This document shows positions 24,501 to 39,500 of a DNA stretch of 64,000 bases, piece by piece; position 1 is the first letter of the stretch, and each line of letters begins with the position of its first letter. The notes under the pieces were generated by a model. It did not search any database. It was not told the origin of the DNA and saw nothing but the letters and a program-made list of their open reading frames with translations. Both the position numbers and the translations under genes were made by a program. The DNA comes from Veleropilina oligotropha (lineage: Eukaryota): the NCBI GenBank assembly GCA_048128005.1, contig JBEUKZ010000065.1, positions 62,001-126,000 of the forward strand, read 5' to 3'.

Positions 24501-27500
24501 AAACACAGATCCAAAACTTTAGTGACACTAATGGTTGTACATGCATAATAATTCAATGAGAACAAGACCTCCCTTGATGCATCAGCTACCATGGTACATG
24601 CCATATAATATGGCGCTTACCTCTAAGATCTACAAGGATTTGCTTCCGAGCAGGACTCCCGATTCCATTTTCCGCTTGACATAAGTAAGTTCCCTGATCA
24701 CGGACGCCAATGTTTCGAATGATTAAGTTACCTGAAAATAAGTAATGAAAATACCCTTACAAGAAACAAGATGGCCACCATTTTACAAAGGCACTGATGC
24801 AGTATGCTGGCTGTGAACCTGATGTAGGAGCAGATGTCAACTTCTAAATAATCCTGTGGGTTGCTCGCATCATTCCCAACTAAATATTTTGCCATTAGCA
24901 TGCTCATCGGATACGGACAGTCCACACTTACCGGCCACCACCTCTCTGTCATCGGTCAGTCCACACTTACCGGCCACCACCTCTCGGTCATACGGACAGT
25001 CCACACTTACCAGCCACCACCTCTCGGTCGTACGGACAGTCCACTCTTACTGGCCACCATCTCTCGGTCATCCGGAAAGTCCACACTTACCGGCCACCAC
25101 CTCTTGGTCATCTGGACAGTCCACACTTACCAGCCACCACCTCTCGGTCATCCGGACAGTCCACACTTACCGGCCACCACCTCTCGGTCATCCGGAAGTT
25201 GACCGCCATACTTGGTCCACGTAATCTTAGGGATTGGAAACCCGGAGACGAGGCACTCGAGCGTGATCTCTTGTCCCACAGTGGCGGTCAATGTCAGGCC
25301 GGAGGACTGGTCAAGACCCGGGGCACTAGCACCTGCAATCGAAAAAAGTGAATCCATTCAGGATAAAAATAATCAAAATCATGCAACAATAACAACAGTC
25401 TGCTTCGTTAATCTCTCAAAAAAGATGGCAAAAGCTACTCACAGGAAAGACATTCACTGTACATCACATCCAGAATGAAATTTGGTTGTTAATAGTAAGC
25501 CTTGAATAGTCTCCCTTTAATTGCAAATAGTGACCCATTAATTTTAATGTGATTCTGCTTGTTGAATGTGAGGTGATGTGAATATAGTTTTACGGCAATA
25601 TTTTATTTACTTTTCAGTTATATCTGTAGTCGCTTGTTGTGTGAAGGTCACGATTGAAACAAAATTTGATGTTAAAAAAACTTTTGAGCTAAAATCATTC
25701 ACTATATTTAATAAATATTATTCTCAATTTGATGGCGTTTCCAATTGTCATGATAAATTAACGATAAGAAGTGTTGTTTGTTGTTAGTTTTAATTTAATT
25801 TATCAATCAATGGCCAGAGTATGTGAACAGATGATTGTGAATGCAAAATATTCAACTCAAAATGTTTTTCCAACATATTTCCCACTCTGAAAAAATTAGA
25901 ACAATTTTGACAAGAAATGTCTTCATCACATTCATAACTTGCATACTTTAAATTTGAAAAAATTGAAATATTACGGAATGAAAGGTATTGCCAATATAGT
26001 CTAGTATATAAAATTGTGATGCCGCATTCACACAGACTCACATGCCCCTATAAATCTGTCTCAATGATACCTTCTGCTGGACCAATTAGCTGCCCATTAC
26101 AAGGGAGATCACTATAGGGCGCTGTTTAACACATTACAAGTCCACATTGTTGTCTGCTAAAACCATAACCTTCAATAGGCAACAACTGGAGCCTGCCATC
26201 AGACCAGAACAGATGAATGGTTGAAAGCAAAGCAACTCAACATCTTCAGGAAAAATCACAGATGGCTGTCGACTTTGGCAGGAAGACATCATACCATTCA
26301 CATTACGTACAACAGAAACAGGCCGTTAAAACAAGAGCCACATTCACTTTTGTGTAACTCCTGACAGAGAGGCTGACCCTGCAAGATTTACCGACGTCTT
26401 CTGTAACGTTAGAAATACACACTAATATCCCTATGACACCAAACAACCACCGTTTTGCAATAGCAACTTTATTATGAAGCTAATGGAATTAATCATGTTT
26501 TGTTATATGCACAAAGCACGACTTAATTCCAACTGTGCGCACAAAAACAACTTCTGAATATGCAATACTATGACTCATAATGCCTCTTAGAAGGAACTTA
26601 GGCAAACAGAGCAGCCGTAATAAATCACTTTAGAGTTGTCTCCCTGGAAGAAGTTAAGTTGACACGCATGATAACCTCTCAATTAGAGACAAATGTTCTA
26701 TGCATAATGTGCGCTTTGTACGAAATGTTTTTATTTCATTTTAACATTTGAGGGAGCCCAGTGAAGCGCTGTCTTCCTGCACATGGGACTTCATTACCCG
26801 TGGCCTCTGACCTCTGGCCAACCATCAAGGCAGTGTTCTAGGTTCAGGAATCCACTGGGCTGACAAATGCGTGCAAGATTTATGGCATGTAGACATGAAC
26901 CCAGTCAAGTGGGGGAAGCGTAATGGATGAGAAATGTTTGGAAGCAAGCGGACCATGGACAATCATTGCCTTTGGACAGGGCTTCTAAAGCTTTCGGCAA
27001 ATCATACAAATTAACTCAGCGGAGCGTGCTCCCGCCCTGTCACGTCATGCAATCCACTGCTACCAGAGCTCAGACATCAAGTGTGCTCCAGTTTCAATAA
27101 CTCAACTGTTGGTTATTGGATTTAACAAAACTTTTAAACCACACTCCAAACATGATTCAAGCAACTATTAGGGCCACCTGTCGATGATTTTTTATAGTCA
27201 TCTCTCCATGCCCAAAAAATGATTTCTATCAACTAAATTGCAGTCCTATACAAAGTTTAAATTCCCAACCAATAGGACGTGCGTAGCTCGACTATCTATC
27301 TCTATGTTTAGGCTTTGTTGTCTAATCATTAAAAACTAGGTGTCATGTGTTTCATGGTTTAATTGCAGGCTTCTCCAATTAGAGAACAAAACCGATCGCT
27401 AAAACTGCCTTAAACTATTACAATTATACAAACTAATTTAAAATATTTGATTATAATATGATAATAAACTCATTAGGAGTGCTTAATAATAGCTTCCATA

Positions 27501-30500
27501 GATTTAACTGTTAATATGGTTAGATAAATCGAAGGTGAAGACAATAGCATTATGCTTTAACTGTTAATATGGTTAGATAAATCGAAGGTGAAGACAATAG
27601 CATTATGCTTTAACTATAATATTCTCTTAACAAAGTCACTGAAAAGCAAACAGAATGCCATAAAAACAAATAAAAAGGTTGGTTACTCATCATTTTTTTA
27701 TACATTCATACATTTAAAATTGTTCACATCCAATGATCGGTGGATTTCTTACCTGTCGGTGCCACCTGCACGTGGATGACGTGATTGGCCGACCGGTTGT
27801 GGTTGCTCATCGTGTTGATCGCGACACACCGGTAGCTCCCAGCATCCTTCAGCCTTACTCCGTTGATCAACAAATTTCCCGATGGAAGTATTTTGTGCCG
27901 AACTACCAACAAAAAAAGTGACATTTTATTTACATTTACCTGGATAACTGAAAGGCTACAATTAATTTTCAGGCACTTTTTATTTTTGTTGTTGCAAAAA
28001 GGGATGAGGAAGGCCTTTTATAACTTTCTCAGTTCTATGTTTTAGCATAAATACAAATGCAAAATATTTAAACATGAACTAGAATACTATGTCCGAAGTT
28101 GTAAAATAGATTGTTCATGGTCCTAAAGGATGATATTGTAGGTATTTTTTTACTTACTTTAATAACTATTTTTGAAACTAAAATTTCTGACGTTTCGGCC
28201 ATTATCGAATGGCCTTGGTCACGTGATTTTTGCTCTTGCGTAACTGCAACCTGGACAAACCCACAGCAGTTGGGGATCACTGCAATGCTACGGGCCACTC
28301 TGTGTCGATTGATAACACCAAGGTTCTGGCAAGGGAGGAGAACTGGCTCAAACGGAAAATCAGAGAGTCGATCCATATCATCCGCCGGACACCATCTATG
28401 AACAGAGACCAGGGATACCAGCTGCTCGCCATCTACCGCCAGGTGCTCAACACGATTCCTGAGCAGCAGCTACGCAAGAGCAAACATCACGTGACCAAGG
28501 CCATTCAATAATGGCCGAAACATCAGAAATTTTAGTTTCAAAAAAAGTTCTAAAAGTAAGTAAAAAATACCTACAATATGTCCAAAATGATTGCTGTTAA
28601 AATTATATCTCCCAAAACATTTTTTGGGGGGATCAATACAAATTATCAACACGTATTGAAAAATCGAATGTGTATGGTGGCTGAGAATCAAAACCGTCAT
28701 TTTATGCTGCCTTAGCAAACGACTTAGACATAAAATTAGAATGGATGTGAATTTGGATTTGGCATTTATGTAACATAATAATTCGTAAAAATAGACAGCC
28801 GCCCGGCTATCAGGAACCCCAGCCTTATATAGCAATCAGACTGCCATATAAAATCTGTGATCTTTACCTTGCCAGTAGCCCTTGGCTAAACACTGTGCAA
28901 ACTGTCCATCATGAAGAAGTTCGGATGAAAAAAGGCCATTACCGGCCCGGACAAAATTTAAGGGTCAAAGGTCATTGCCGCAATGTCAAAGGTCATTCAC
29001 ATGAAATTTCGCCACCATGGACTAGCGTATGATAGGGTAGTTAGCATACCATATGAAATCAAGGCAACATGTTTGGTAGCCGAGATATAGACCGGACAAC
29101 ATTGCAAATTGCGAATATATTTTGACCTCTGTTACCTTGACCTTTGACGAAAGGCCATTTTTCGTATTTGTTATATGATGTAGTAACCCTAAAGGAATAG
29201 TTTGGCCCCGAAAAATAAAAAAATTACGAAAATTTAAAAAAAACTAAATATAGAAAATTTGTGAAGGTCACTGCGCAGAGGTCAAAGGTCAAATGATCAA
29301 AATTTTACTGCCATGCACAGGTTTTAAGTATAGGGAACACATCTAAAAAAAAATTAGAAGGCTAACATGTTTGGTCTCCGAGAACCGGCCCGGACAAAAT
29401 TTAAGGGTCAAAGGTCATTGCCGCAAGGTCAAAGGTCATTCACGTGAAATTTCGCCGCCATGCACTAGCGTATGATAAGGGTAGTTAGCATACCATATGA
29501 AATCAAGGTAACATGTTTGGTAGCCGAGATATAGGCCGGACAACATGAGCCGCCCGTCCGCCCGCCCGCCCGCCCGCCCACCCGCCTCGGGCGATGACAA
29601 TAACCCCAGCTTTTTTTTAAGCTGGGGTTAAAAAATGGTCAATGAATGCACACACTTGTGTTTATATTGAAATAGTGTCTGCCTTTATTTCAACTGAAGT
29701 GTTCCCTCATTGGGACTGTTCCGTCTCCTAGTGGAGTATGTTCTCCTTCCACCGGAGGTGAGGTGTTCCCTCGTTGGGACTGTTCCGTCTCCTAGTGGAG
29801 TATGTTCTCCTTCCACCTGAGGTGAAGTGTTCGCTCCTTGGGACTGTTCCGTCTCCTAGTGGAGTATGTTCTCCTTCCACCGGAGGTGAAGTGTTCCCTC
29901 CTTGGGACTGTTCCGTCTCCTAGTGGAGTATGTTCTCCTTCCACTGGAGGCGAGGTGTTCCCTCGTTGGGACTGTTCCGTCTCCTAGTGGAGTATGTTCT
30001 CCTTCCAAGTGGCGTATGTTCTCCTTCCACCGGAGGTGAGGTGCTCCCTCGTTGGGATCGTTAGTCTCCATTGGATTATGTTCTCATGGAACCCCGAGCC
30101 TCAAATCAAATGCAGCTGGCATGACATCTGATGTTGATTTTGGTATATCATTTATTTCCCAGCCAGTGGAACTCGTTCAGTGAACCTGAACTAAATCCAG
30201 CCTATTAAATGTTCCTGTAATCAGATGCAGATGATGCAAGCACCATGAGGATGCCTCTTATCATCCACTCATAGTGGCGCTTATCTGGGAGGCCTTGAAT
30301 GATATCAGTCTACATCATCTACTGCCATAGTGGTTATAACCAAACCAAACACCATGACAAGCACCCGATTATAATCAAGATGGTACACACTACAAGCTTT
30401 TTCATCACTTAGATATTACAAAACCAAGGGAGATAAACAAGCTACCACGACACAGTGACACATCTGTGTGTAGAACCATATAATATTGGGATCGTTGTAC

Positions 30501-33500
30501 ATAAAGAAATATCTTAAAGAGACTATTGCTTGAAAAAACCCTAAACGCACACTTTTTGTTTATAACATAAAAAGTTAGGAATTTTCAACAATCAACTTTT
30601 TTCAGTTATTTGCTACCGTTTAAATTAATCGCTACTGAAGATTTAACAAGAAGACAAAGCCATCAATATCCCTGCAATGGTACATTAATTCACAATAATT
30701 ACTATATGCTGTATGTTCTTGAAACAACATCGTTGATTTAAATAATAACAAGGGCAATAACTCTGTCCTTAATCATGACGCTACGTTAAAATTATGAAAA
30801 GGCACCAGTTAACCAACTACTGAATACACCCACCAAGTTTCGTAATGATAAGTCAAGCACTGTATGAGACATAGTCGGGAATGACAAAATTAAACCAAGG
30901 GCAATAACTCTGTGAATATTTGATGTACAACGTCGAAATTAACAAAAGGCACCAGTTCAACAACTGCTTAATACATCCACCAAATTGCATAAAGTTATGT
31001 CGAGCGGTTTATGAAATACGCTTCGGAAAGGAGACCAGTAACAAATTAACAACAAGGGAAATAACTCTGTTTATGATCACCACACAACGTCGAAACTAGC
31101 AAAAGGCACTAGTTCACAGACTACTTAATATATCCAGCAAGCTTTGTAAAGTTATGTCGAGCGGTGTATGGGCTATGCTCCGGAAAAGAGAATATTTTAA
31201 TGAATTTAGAACAAGGGAAATAACTCTGTTAATGATCGCCGCACAACGACGAAACTAGCAAAAGGCACCAGTTTACAGACTACTGAATACATCCAGCAAG
31301 TTTCGTAAAGTTATGTCAAGCGGTGTATGAGCTACGCTCCGGAAAACATAACATTAACGAATTAGAACAAGAGAAATAATTCTGTTAATAATAGCGACAC
31401 GACGTCGAAACTACCAAAAGGCACCAGTTCACAGAGTACTTAATACACCCAGGAAGTTTCGAAAAGTTATATCGAGTGGTGTACGAGATATGCTCAGGAA
31501 AAGATAATTTGCATGGACAGACGGTCTGCATTTTAATATCTCTCGCAAAATAATTAATAGCGGTCCGCTTTTAATTAACTCGCAGCGAGTGACATTTTCA
31601 ATTGACAAAGTTGAAGCCACGTTGCGTAGGTTTCTGTTCTTCAATTAAGATAGCTTTCTATTTGACAATAATAATTTTAATATATATTGCCCAGTTACAT
31701 TAATAATTTCAATAAAAATCGAAGATTTGATCATATATCAATCATATCTTCGCGAAATTTGTATCAATCTGCGCGAACCGTGCGATAGTGGGTGATTAGT
31801 CATGCTACACAGTCACGAAAAGAGTGCATTTACAGGCAATAGTCTCTTTAAATAAAGTGGTCAATATATGGTAGCTAGGAAAAAGTATCCACTGTCGGCA
31901 CATGTAGCACATATGAATTATCTGACCATTTCATCTGTTCGTTACTTTTTTTTCTTTAATGTAGGAGATTATGAATAATTAATAACTATAGGTACTTGTA
32001 ACAAAGATACCTAAAGGTACATGTACATTTGAAGCAACTAAACATACACTAATAGTAATGACTATAACTTTATGTGACAAAAAGTGAAACCAGCGTTGCA
32101 TGAACTTTAGATCAAAATTATTCATGTTACTTTTATTTCAGTCTTCGTCTATAATTATTACATATTATTGGAATCACTGCATAATCAAATATTATGAAAT
32201 ATACGTTTATGTTAAAACAATATTAATATTGTTCCATGTCTATTTCCAGTTTCTATATGTTGCTAATATTCCATCAATTACACACATCCATCTGCTGCAT
32301 GCGGCTGCTATATCACCAGCTGTTCATCTATTTCTGTCCTTTGTGTTAAAGGATTAACACTATGAGGGAAACGAAGAACAGGCAGACAGTGGAAACTCCA
32401 TCCACTGACAGTCCTGATGATCCAAATAAAGCCAATGAATGAACCCAACCCAATTTCCAGAACATAGTAATAATTAAGGGCTGTTATAGCGGCAACGACG
32501 AAACTCGAAGTTATAAAGGTGGACATATATGGAACAATCAGAGATCACGAAAACTCTGGTGCATCGGTTGACTCGGATATGCATACCTAACCTTCACACC
32601 CATAAAAAGCTACAATATAAACAAGAAGACAGAGCCATCAATATCCCCCGCAATGGTACATTCACAATTACTATATGATGCATGTTCTTGAAACTACAAT
32701 GAGGTAAGCGCAATATCGCTGCTGTAAATCATAACAAGGGCAATAACTCTGTCATTAATCATGACGCAACGTAAAAATTATGAAAAGGCACCAGTTAACC
32801 AACTGTTGAATACACCCACCAAGTTTCGCAATGACAAGTCAAGCACTGTATAAGATCTAGTCGGGAATAACAAAATTAAAGCAAAACCAATAACTCTGTT
32901 AATATTTGACGTACAACTTCGAAATTAACGAAAGTCACCAGTTCAACAACTGCTGAATACACCCACCTAATTATATAAAGTTATGCCGAGCGGTTTATGA
33001 GATACGCTTCAGAAAGGAGAACATTAACAAATTTACATCAAGGGCAATAACTCAGTTAATAATCGCCGCACGACCCCGAAACTAGAAAAAGGCACCAGCT
33101 CACAGACTAAATAATCGTAAAGTTATGGCGAGAGGTGTACGAGATACGCTCCGAAAAAGATCACATTAACGAATTAACAACAAGGGCTGTTTATGATCGA
33201 CACACAACATAAAAACTATCAAAGGCACCAGTTCACCAACTACTTAATATATCCAGCAAGTTTCGTAAAGTTATGTCGAACGGTGTATGAGCTACGCTCT
33301 GGAAAGATAACATTTTAACGAATTTAGAACAAGGGAAACTAGAGCTATCACAGGAGTGATCACATGCCCCCCACGAAAGCATTTGACCCAGGAACAGGCT
33401 GTTGCATACACACATGAAGTTTCATGTCCCTCTTAGTCAAATATTATGGGAGATATGGAGCGGAAGGGAATTTTCGAGTGAATGCGGTCAAGTGTGAAAA

Positions 33501-36500
33501 GTAGGTCACAGTACCTACTTTTGGTACGCGACATATCTTTCAGTTATGATGCATACACATATGAATTTTCATGTCCCTCGGTCAAATAGTATGGGAGATA
33601 TGGAGCCAAAGGGAATTTTTGACCAAATTTGGTCAAACGTGAAAAGTAGGTCGCAGTGACCTTCTTTTGGTACGCGACACACCTTTGGATTATGACATAT
33701 AAACACATCAAGTTTCGTGTCCCTCGGTCAAATAGTATGGAAGATATTGAGCAGAAGGAAATTTTGGACCAAATGCGATCAAGTCCGAGTAGGTCGTGGT
33801 GACCTACTTTCAGTGCGCGACACACCTTTGGGTTATGACGCATGCACACATCAAGTTTCATGTCCCTTGGTCAAATAGTGTCCAAGATATGGAGCGGAAA
33901 GGAATTTTGAATTAAGTGCAGTCTGCATTTTAATATCCCCAGCAAAAAATTTTTGCGGGGGATAATTAATATTAATTGAAAGTTACTCTTAATTAGTTAA
34001 TATCACAACATTACATCTTTTCATCATGCATTTTTCGCATTTATAAACAATTATTTTTGACACCAATAATATTTTATTTTACATTTAACATTAATAAAGA
34101 TTGCTTGAAACAACATCATTTTCAGTATATCTCAACACAGCCAATGCATTGGCGGCACTTTATTGCAGTATATTTAGTATAAATTATTGCCCATACATTT
34201 TGTTAGGTCAACCACAAACATAATATCAAATCTTTACATCATGCTGATTTCGCATATCTACACTTATCAGCGAAAAGTTCTCAAATTGATACAGCCGTAT
34301 CTATTGACATGTGGATTGGGAAAATAAAAATAAGTATGTCCAAGTGGTAATCAAATCTGATGGCTTTTTCGCAATAGGGAGTTAAAAATGTTACCAATTC
34401 TCGCCAGCTCCAGTGCTTCCCTATAGGAGGTTAATAAAGCCTCCCTGTTGCTAATCAACCAGACTACTCCAAGAGTCTTTGCACATCTGTTTTGAAGTGG
34501 TGTACGCATGATTTCAAACACAGACACCTAAGATCTGTCTATTACAGAAATGAAGATAAATGGTAGCCATTTGTGGAACTGCCACAGGATTCAAGTGGCA
34601 GCCACCACAGTCAGCTGAAACTGATGTCATCAAAGGAACCAGCAGCCCTTGAAAGAGAATCATGCACCCTCAAAGTTACAATCCAATCAGAAACTATCCC
34701 ACCTCGAAACCATCTGAGCTCCTGTAATCAAATTAACAGCATTGCCATACTATTCTTGATCTTGTCAATTTTTAATTCAAGCATCATATTTTACATTCAG
34801 GCCATTTGAATACAGCCAGGAACATAGCTGGGCTTTGGTGAGGACTATAGAAAAACGTTGTGGCAGGCCACAAGAATGCCTGCATGGTGGCCTAATATGT
34901 TATACAAAATTCCATAAATAAACTACCAGAGTAAAAGGTGGCTAAGAACAAAGCTCATGTATGAATCAGTATCCAGTAATGCAATCATTGATAAAACTTC
35001 AAACAGAATGAAAATCTCTTACAATAAACCGAATTTGAATCAAATTGGTTGAGAATTTTCACTGTATACCGCACACAAGAAATTTCTTCAAATAAAAATG
35101 GCCACCATGGTGCCATCTTGAATCAGAACACGACCAATATCGTTAGACGGCGTGTCCTCATAATAACTAACGTCCCATACCAAATTTGAATGAGTTCGGA
35201 CAAAAATCATTAGGCAGCATGTCCTCATCATAACTCATCAACATGCACAACGAATTTGATTCCAATAGGAATAAAACTTTTCATTGTAGAGTGCACACAA
35301 GAAATCTATTAAAAACAAAATGGCTGCCAGGGAGGCAATCTTGAATCCGAAAATGGTGAAAATCGATAGGTGTAGTGTCCTCATCATACCAAAAGTGTAT
35401 ACCTAATTTGAACTAGATATGTCAGTGACACGAATGCCCCCGCTGAAACAACTGCCCATGAATGAAAGAAATTCGAAGTAAACAGCCATAACTCTCTTAA
35501 CATTGCATTTACACATTTAACAATGTATGAATAAGTATACACCTATATTCCAAATATAGTTTCATTCCATGAATATATTCAGAAGTTATCATCCAGAATT
35601 CAAAACAAAATTAAATTAATAATTAATGTCCTATGTCTCCTAAATGAAGTTGGGAATTTATAGAAATGAAACTCCACTTAGATATTCTGATATACATGTG
35701 TATATCAAATTAATGTAATTTGAATCCATGAATGCCTTAATATAGCGCAGAATCTAAAGCATTCATTCGAGGGACAAACATGTGTAACAATAAATGCTCT
35801 CCATGCAGGGGACAGGGCATAAAATTTCTTTCCAATGATATTACGTGTGTATACCCAATTTAATTTATATCCATGAAGGCATTATCAAGTTATCGGCCGG
35901 ATATGGGAAAAAAAATTGCATGTTGATGAAGGGACAGAACTGTGAAGGTGGAATTTCACCGAAATCGAACTCCACTTAGCTATTATGATCATACACGTGA
36001 ATATCAAATTTAATTTAAATCCATGAAGGCATTCTGAAGTTACCGCCAGGAAATGAAAAATTGTTTTCAAGTGAATCAAGGGGCATAACTCCCATATGGA
36101 ACATGGGAATTTTACTGAAATCGAACTGCACTAGCCATTACGATCATACACGTGAATACCAAATTTAATGTAAATTCATGAAAAAATGTTTCCAAGTGAA
36201 TCAAGGGGCATAACTCCCTTATGCAACATGGGAATTTTACCAAAATCGAACTGCATTACGATCATACACATGAATACAAAATTTTATGTAAATCCATGAA
36301 GGCATTATCAAGTTACCGCCCGAAAAGGAAAAAATGTTTCCAAGTGAATCAAGGGGCATAACTCCTTTATGGAAAGTCGGAATGTTACGAAAATCGAACT
36401 TCAATTCGGTATTATGATCATACACGTGAATACCTAATTTAATGAAAATCCATGAAGGCATTCTGAAGTTACCGCCAGTAAACGAAAAATTGTTTCAAAG

Positions 36501-39500
36501 TGAGTCAAGGGGCATAACTCCTTTATGGAAGCTCAGAATGCTACCGTAATCGAACTTGACTTAGCTATTATGATCATCCACTTGCATACCAAATTTCATT
36601 GAAATCCATGAAGGCATTCTAAAGTTATAGCCCGGAAACGAAGTTCGGACGGATGGAAGCCCGGACGGATGGAAGCCCGGACGGACGGAAGCCCGGACGG
36701 ACGGACGTCCGTCGGCGTGTCCACATCAGAACGAACGTGTATATCGAATTCGAATGAAATCGGAATAGAACTCTTCACTGTAGAGCGCACACAAGAAATT
36801 TCTTCAAAACAAAATAGCCGCCACGGCAGCCATCTTGAATCCGAAAACGACGTAAATCATTAGGCGGCGTGTCTCATGAAAACTAACTTGTATATATTTG
36901 AATCAAATCGGATTAGAACTTTTCACTGTAGAGTGAACACAAAAAACTTTAACCTAAAATTCACCTAAATACCTATGTCCAAAGATTATTAAATATCATT
37001 GCCCAGTATCAGATGATATCCATATAACCTATAACAAACCATACATACACTAAAAAGTCCCTTGGACAACCCATATACACTAAACGAAAAACTTTAACCG
37101 AATTGTTGACGCTGGACGCCGGATGGTACAGAAACAATAAAAATACATTCCAAACCAATGCACCCTGTCCCAGATTCCTCAGACCTTGGCCTCTGGATCC
37201 AGATTTACACCCACCTAGATCCCTCAGACCTCTTCCTCTGGATTTGCACCCACCCAGATCCCTCAGACCTCTGCCTCTGGATCCAGATTTACACCCACCT
37301 AGATCCCTCAGACCTCTTCCTCTGGATTTGCACCCACCCAGATCCCTCAGACCTCTGCCTCTGGATCCAGGTTTACACCCACCCAGATCCCTCAAACCTC
37401 TGCCTCTGGATCCAGATTTAAACCCACCCAGAACCCTCAAACCTCTGCCTCTGGATCCAGATTTAAACCCACCAAGATCCCTCAGACCTGAAACTGCCTC
37501 TGGATCCAGATTTACATCCACCCAGATCCCTCAAACCTCTGCCTCGGGATCCAGATTTACACCCACCCAGATCCCTCAGGCCTCTGGATCCGGATTTAAA
37601 CCCACCCAGATCCCTCAGACATCTGGATCCGGATTTACACCCACATAGATGATCCCTCAGACCTCCGGATCAGAGTTAAACCCACCCAGATCCCTCAGCC
37701 TCCAGATCGGATTTAAACCCACCCAGTTCCCTCAGACCTCTGCCTCCAGATCGGATTTAAACCACCCAGCTCCCTCAGAACTCTGCTTCCGGATTGGATT
37801 TAAATCCACCTATATCCAGACAAAGATGGTAAACTAAACACATTGTTTTTGAACCATCAGTCCTGAAGTTTCACTCAAATCTATTTATAATATTTGTCTA
37901 CGTAATACTCCAACAGACAATGAAAGTACAACCACCATCCAAATACAATGTTAGAGCTAACCACCCACAAATACAATGTTAGAGCTAACCACCCACAAAT
38001 ACAATGTTAGAGCTAACCAACCACAAATACAATGTTAGAGCTAATCACCCACAAATACAATGTTAGAGCTAACCAATCACAAATACAATGTTAGAGCTAA
38101 CCAACCACAAATACAATGTTAGAGCTAACCACCCACAAATACAATGTTAGAGCTAACCAACCACAAATACAATGTTAGAGCTAACCAACCACCAATACAA
38201 TATTAGAGCTAACCACAAATCACAACCCATTAAATGGCTTCAGATGGTGCAGGGTTAAATTATAACTATATGAGATGTGTTAATGTCATCTGATGCTGTA
38301 GGGCGGCTCTGGTTCACTAATGGCTGAATTAGGACCAAGGCAGGAAGACTCTGACCAGAATACAGAATTCTTGATTTAGTGGACTTGTTCTGGCAATGGT
38401 AACTTGATCCCGAAGGCCTATGCCTGACATGGAATAAAATTCATTAAGGATTAAATCCTTGGTTCAATTCATGTTCCGAAAAGAAAATGGCTGGGGGTGG
38501 CAGAGTCTACAAGTACTTGTACATAATTAATACGTTTATATAAATTGTCATACACAGAATTTACTACCAATGAACCACTAATACGTTTATAAAAATTGTC
38601 ATACACAGACTTTACTACCAATGAACCGCATGTAAAAAACAATTAACCTTTGTCCTTCGATCATTATAAGTGTTATACACATCACCGTCACCATTCCTTG
38701 CAGGCCACAGGATTGTTCTTGTCGTGCTAGACGTCTCCATTTGTCCATCTGGGAATCTTTCTCCTTTCTGAGTTCTTTCTTTTTAAGTCTCCTTAATTGT
38801 GACATCTTATCTTTGCAGAGGTCACCTTAAAATTCTTCCCAGAGTTGCCACGCTCTCCTACATGCATGGTCTCAGGTTCTCATCCATTATCCGTGTTCTT
38901 CATTTTGACGTGTCTGCACCATCCTATTCGTGACCAATGTAATACGTCCACAATGAAATTATTCCCATAATCTCTCTTCGTCATCAATCCATGGTCTTGC
39001 ATTTCAGAAATATTTTATATCGAGGCAAAATATTAAGTCAACCTTGCTCCCACTAGCTGCATCTACCACAAATCCCAGCAATACGTTTATAAAATGAGGA
39101 CGCTCCGGTGATTGAGTAGGCAAGAGAACAACTCAATGCAAATTCAGTCGTACCAACCGCATGGGGTAACAGTGCCAGTGGTCCATTTGGCCTGGATGCC
39201 GAGATGTCAGGGTTTTTCTCCCGCACTAATATGGACATGTCCTCGTTTCATCCTAAAGGGTGTAAAGTTTGATAATAAGCAACAATCCAACCAACAAGCA
39301 ACCTACGTAACAAAGTCAATGTGACTTACCGTCGCTTTTCAGTGGGCTTCCATTATACTCGTAGTAGACCGTGGCTACTGGTACACTCTTGGGTGGCTGG
39401 CATGGTAGCACTGCTATACTGCCCGCGATGAAGTTTAAATTAATATCATTTTTCTCTGGGAATTTATGGATAACTGAAAGGACAACATGCAAAAATACAA

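Noticed and set aside
37009..37837. Pro-rich and Gly/Arg-rich ORFs
   Set aside because: Minisatellite translations with no splice-compatible role in the gene model.
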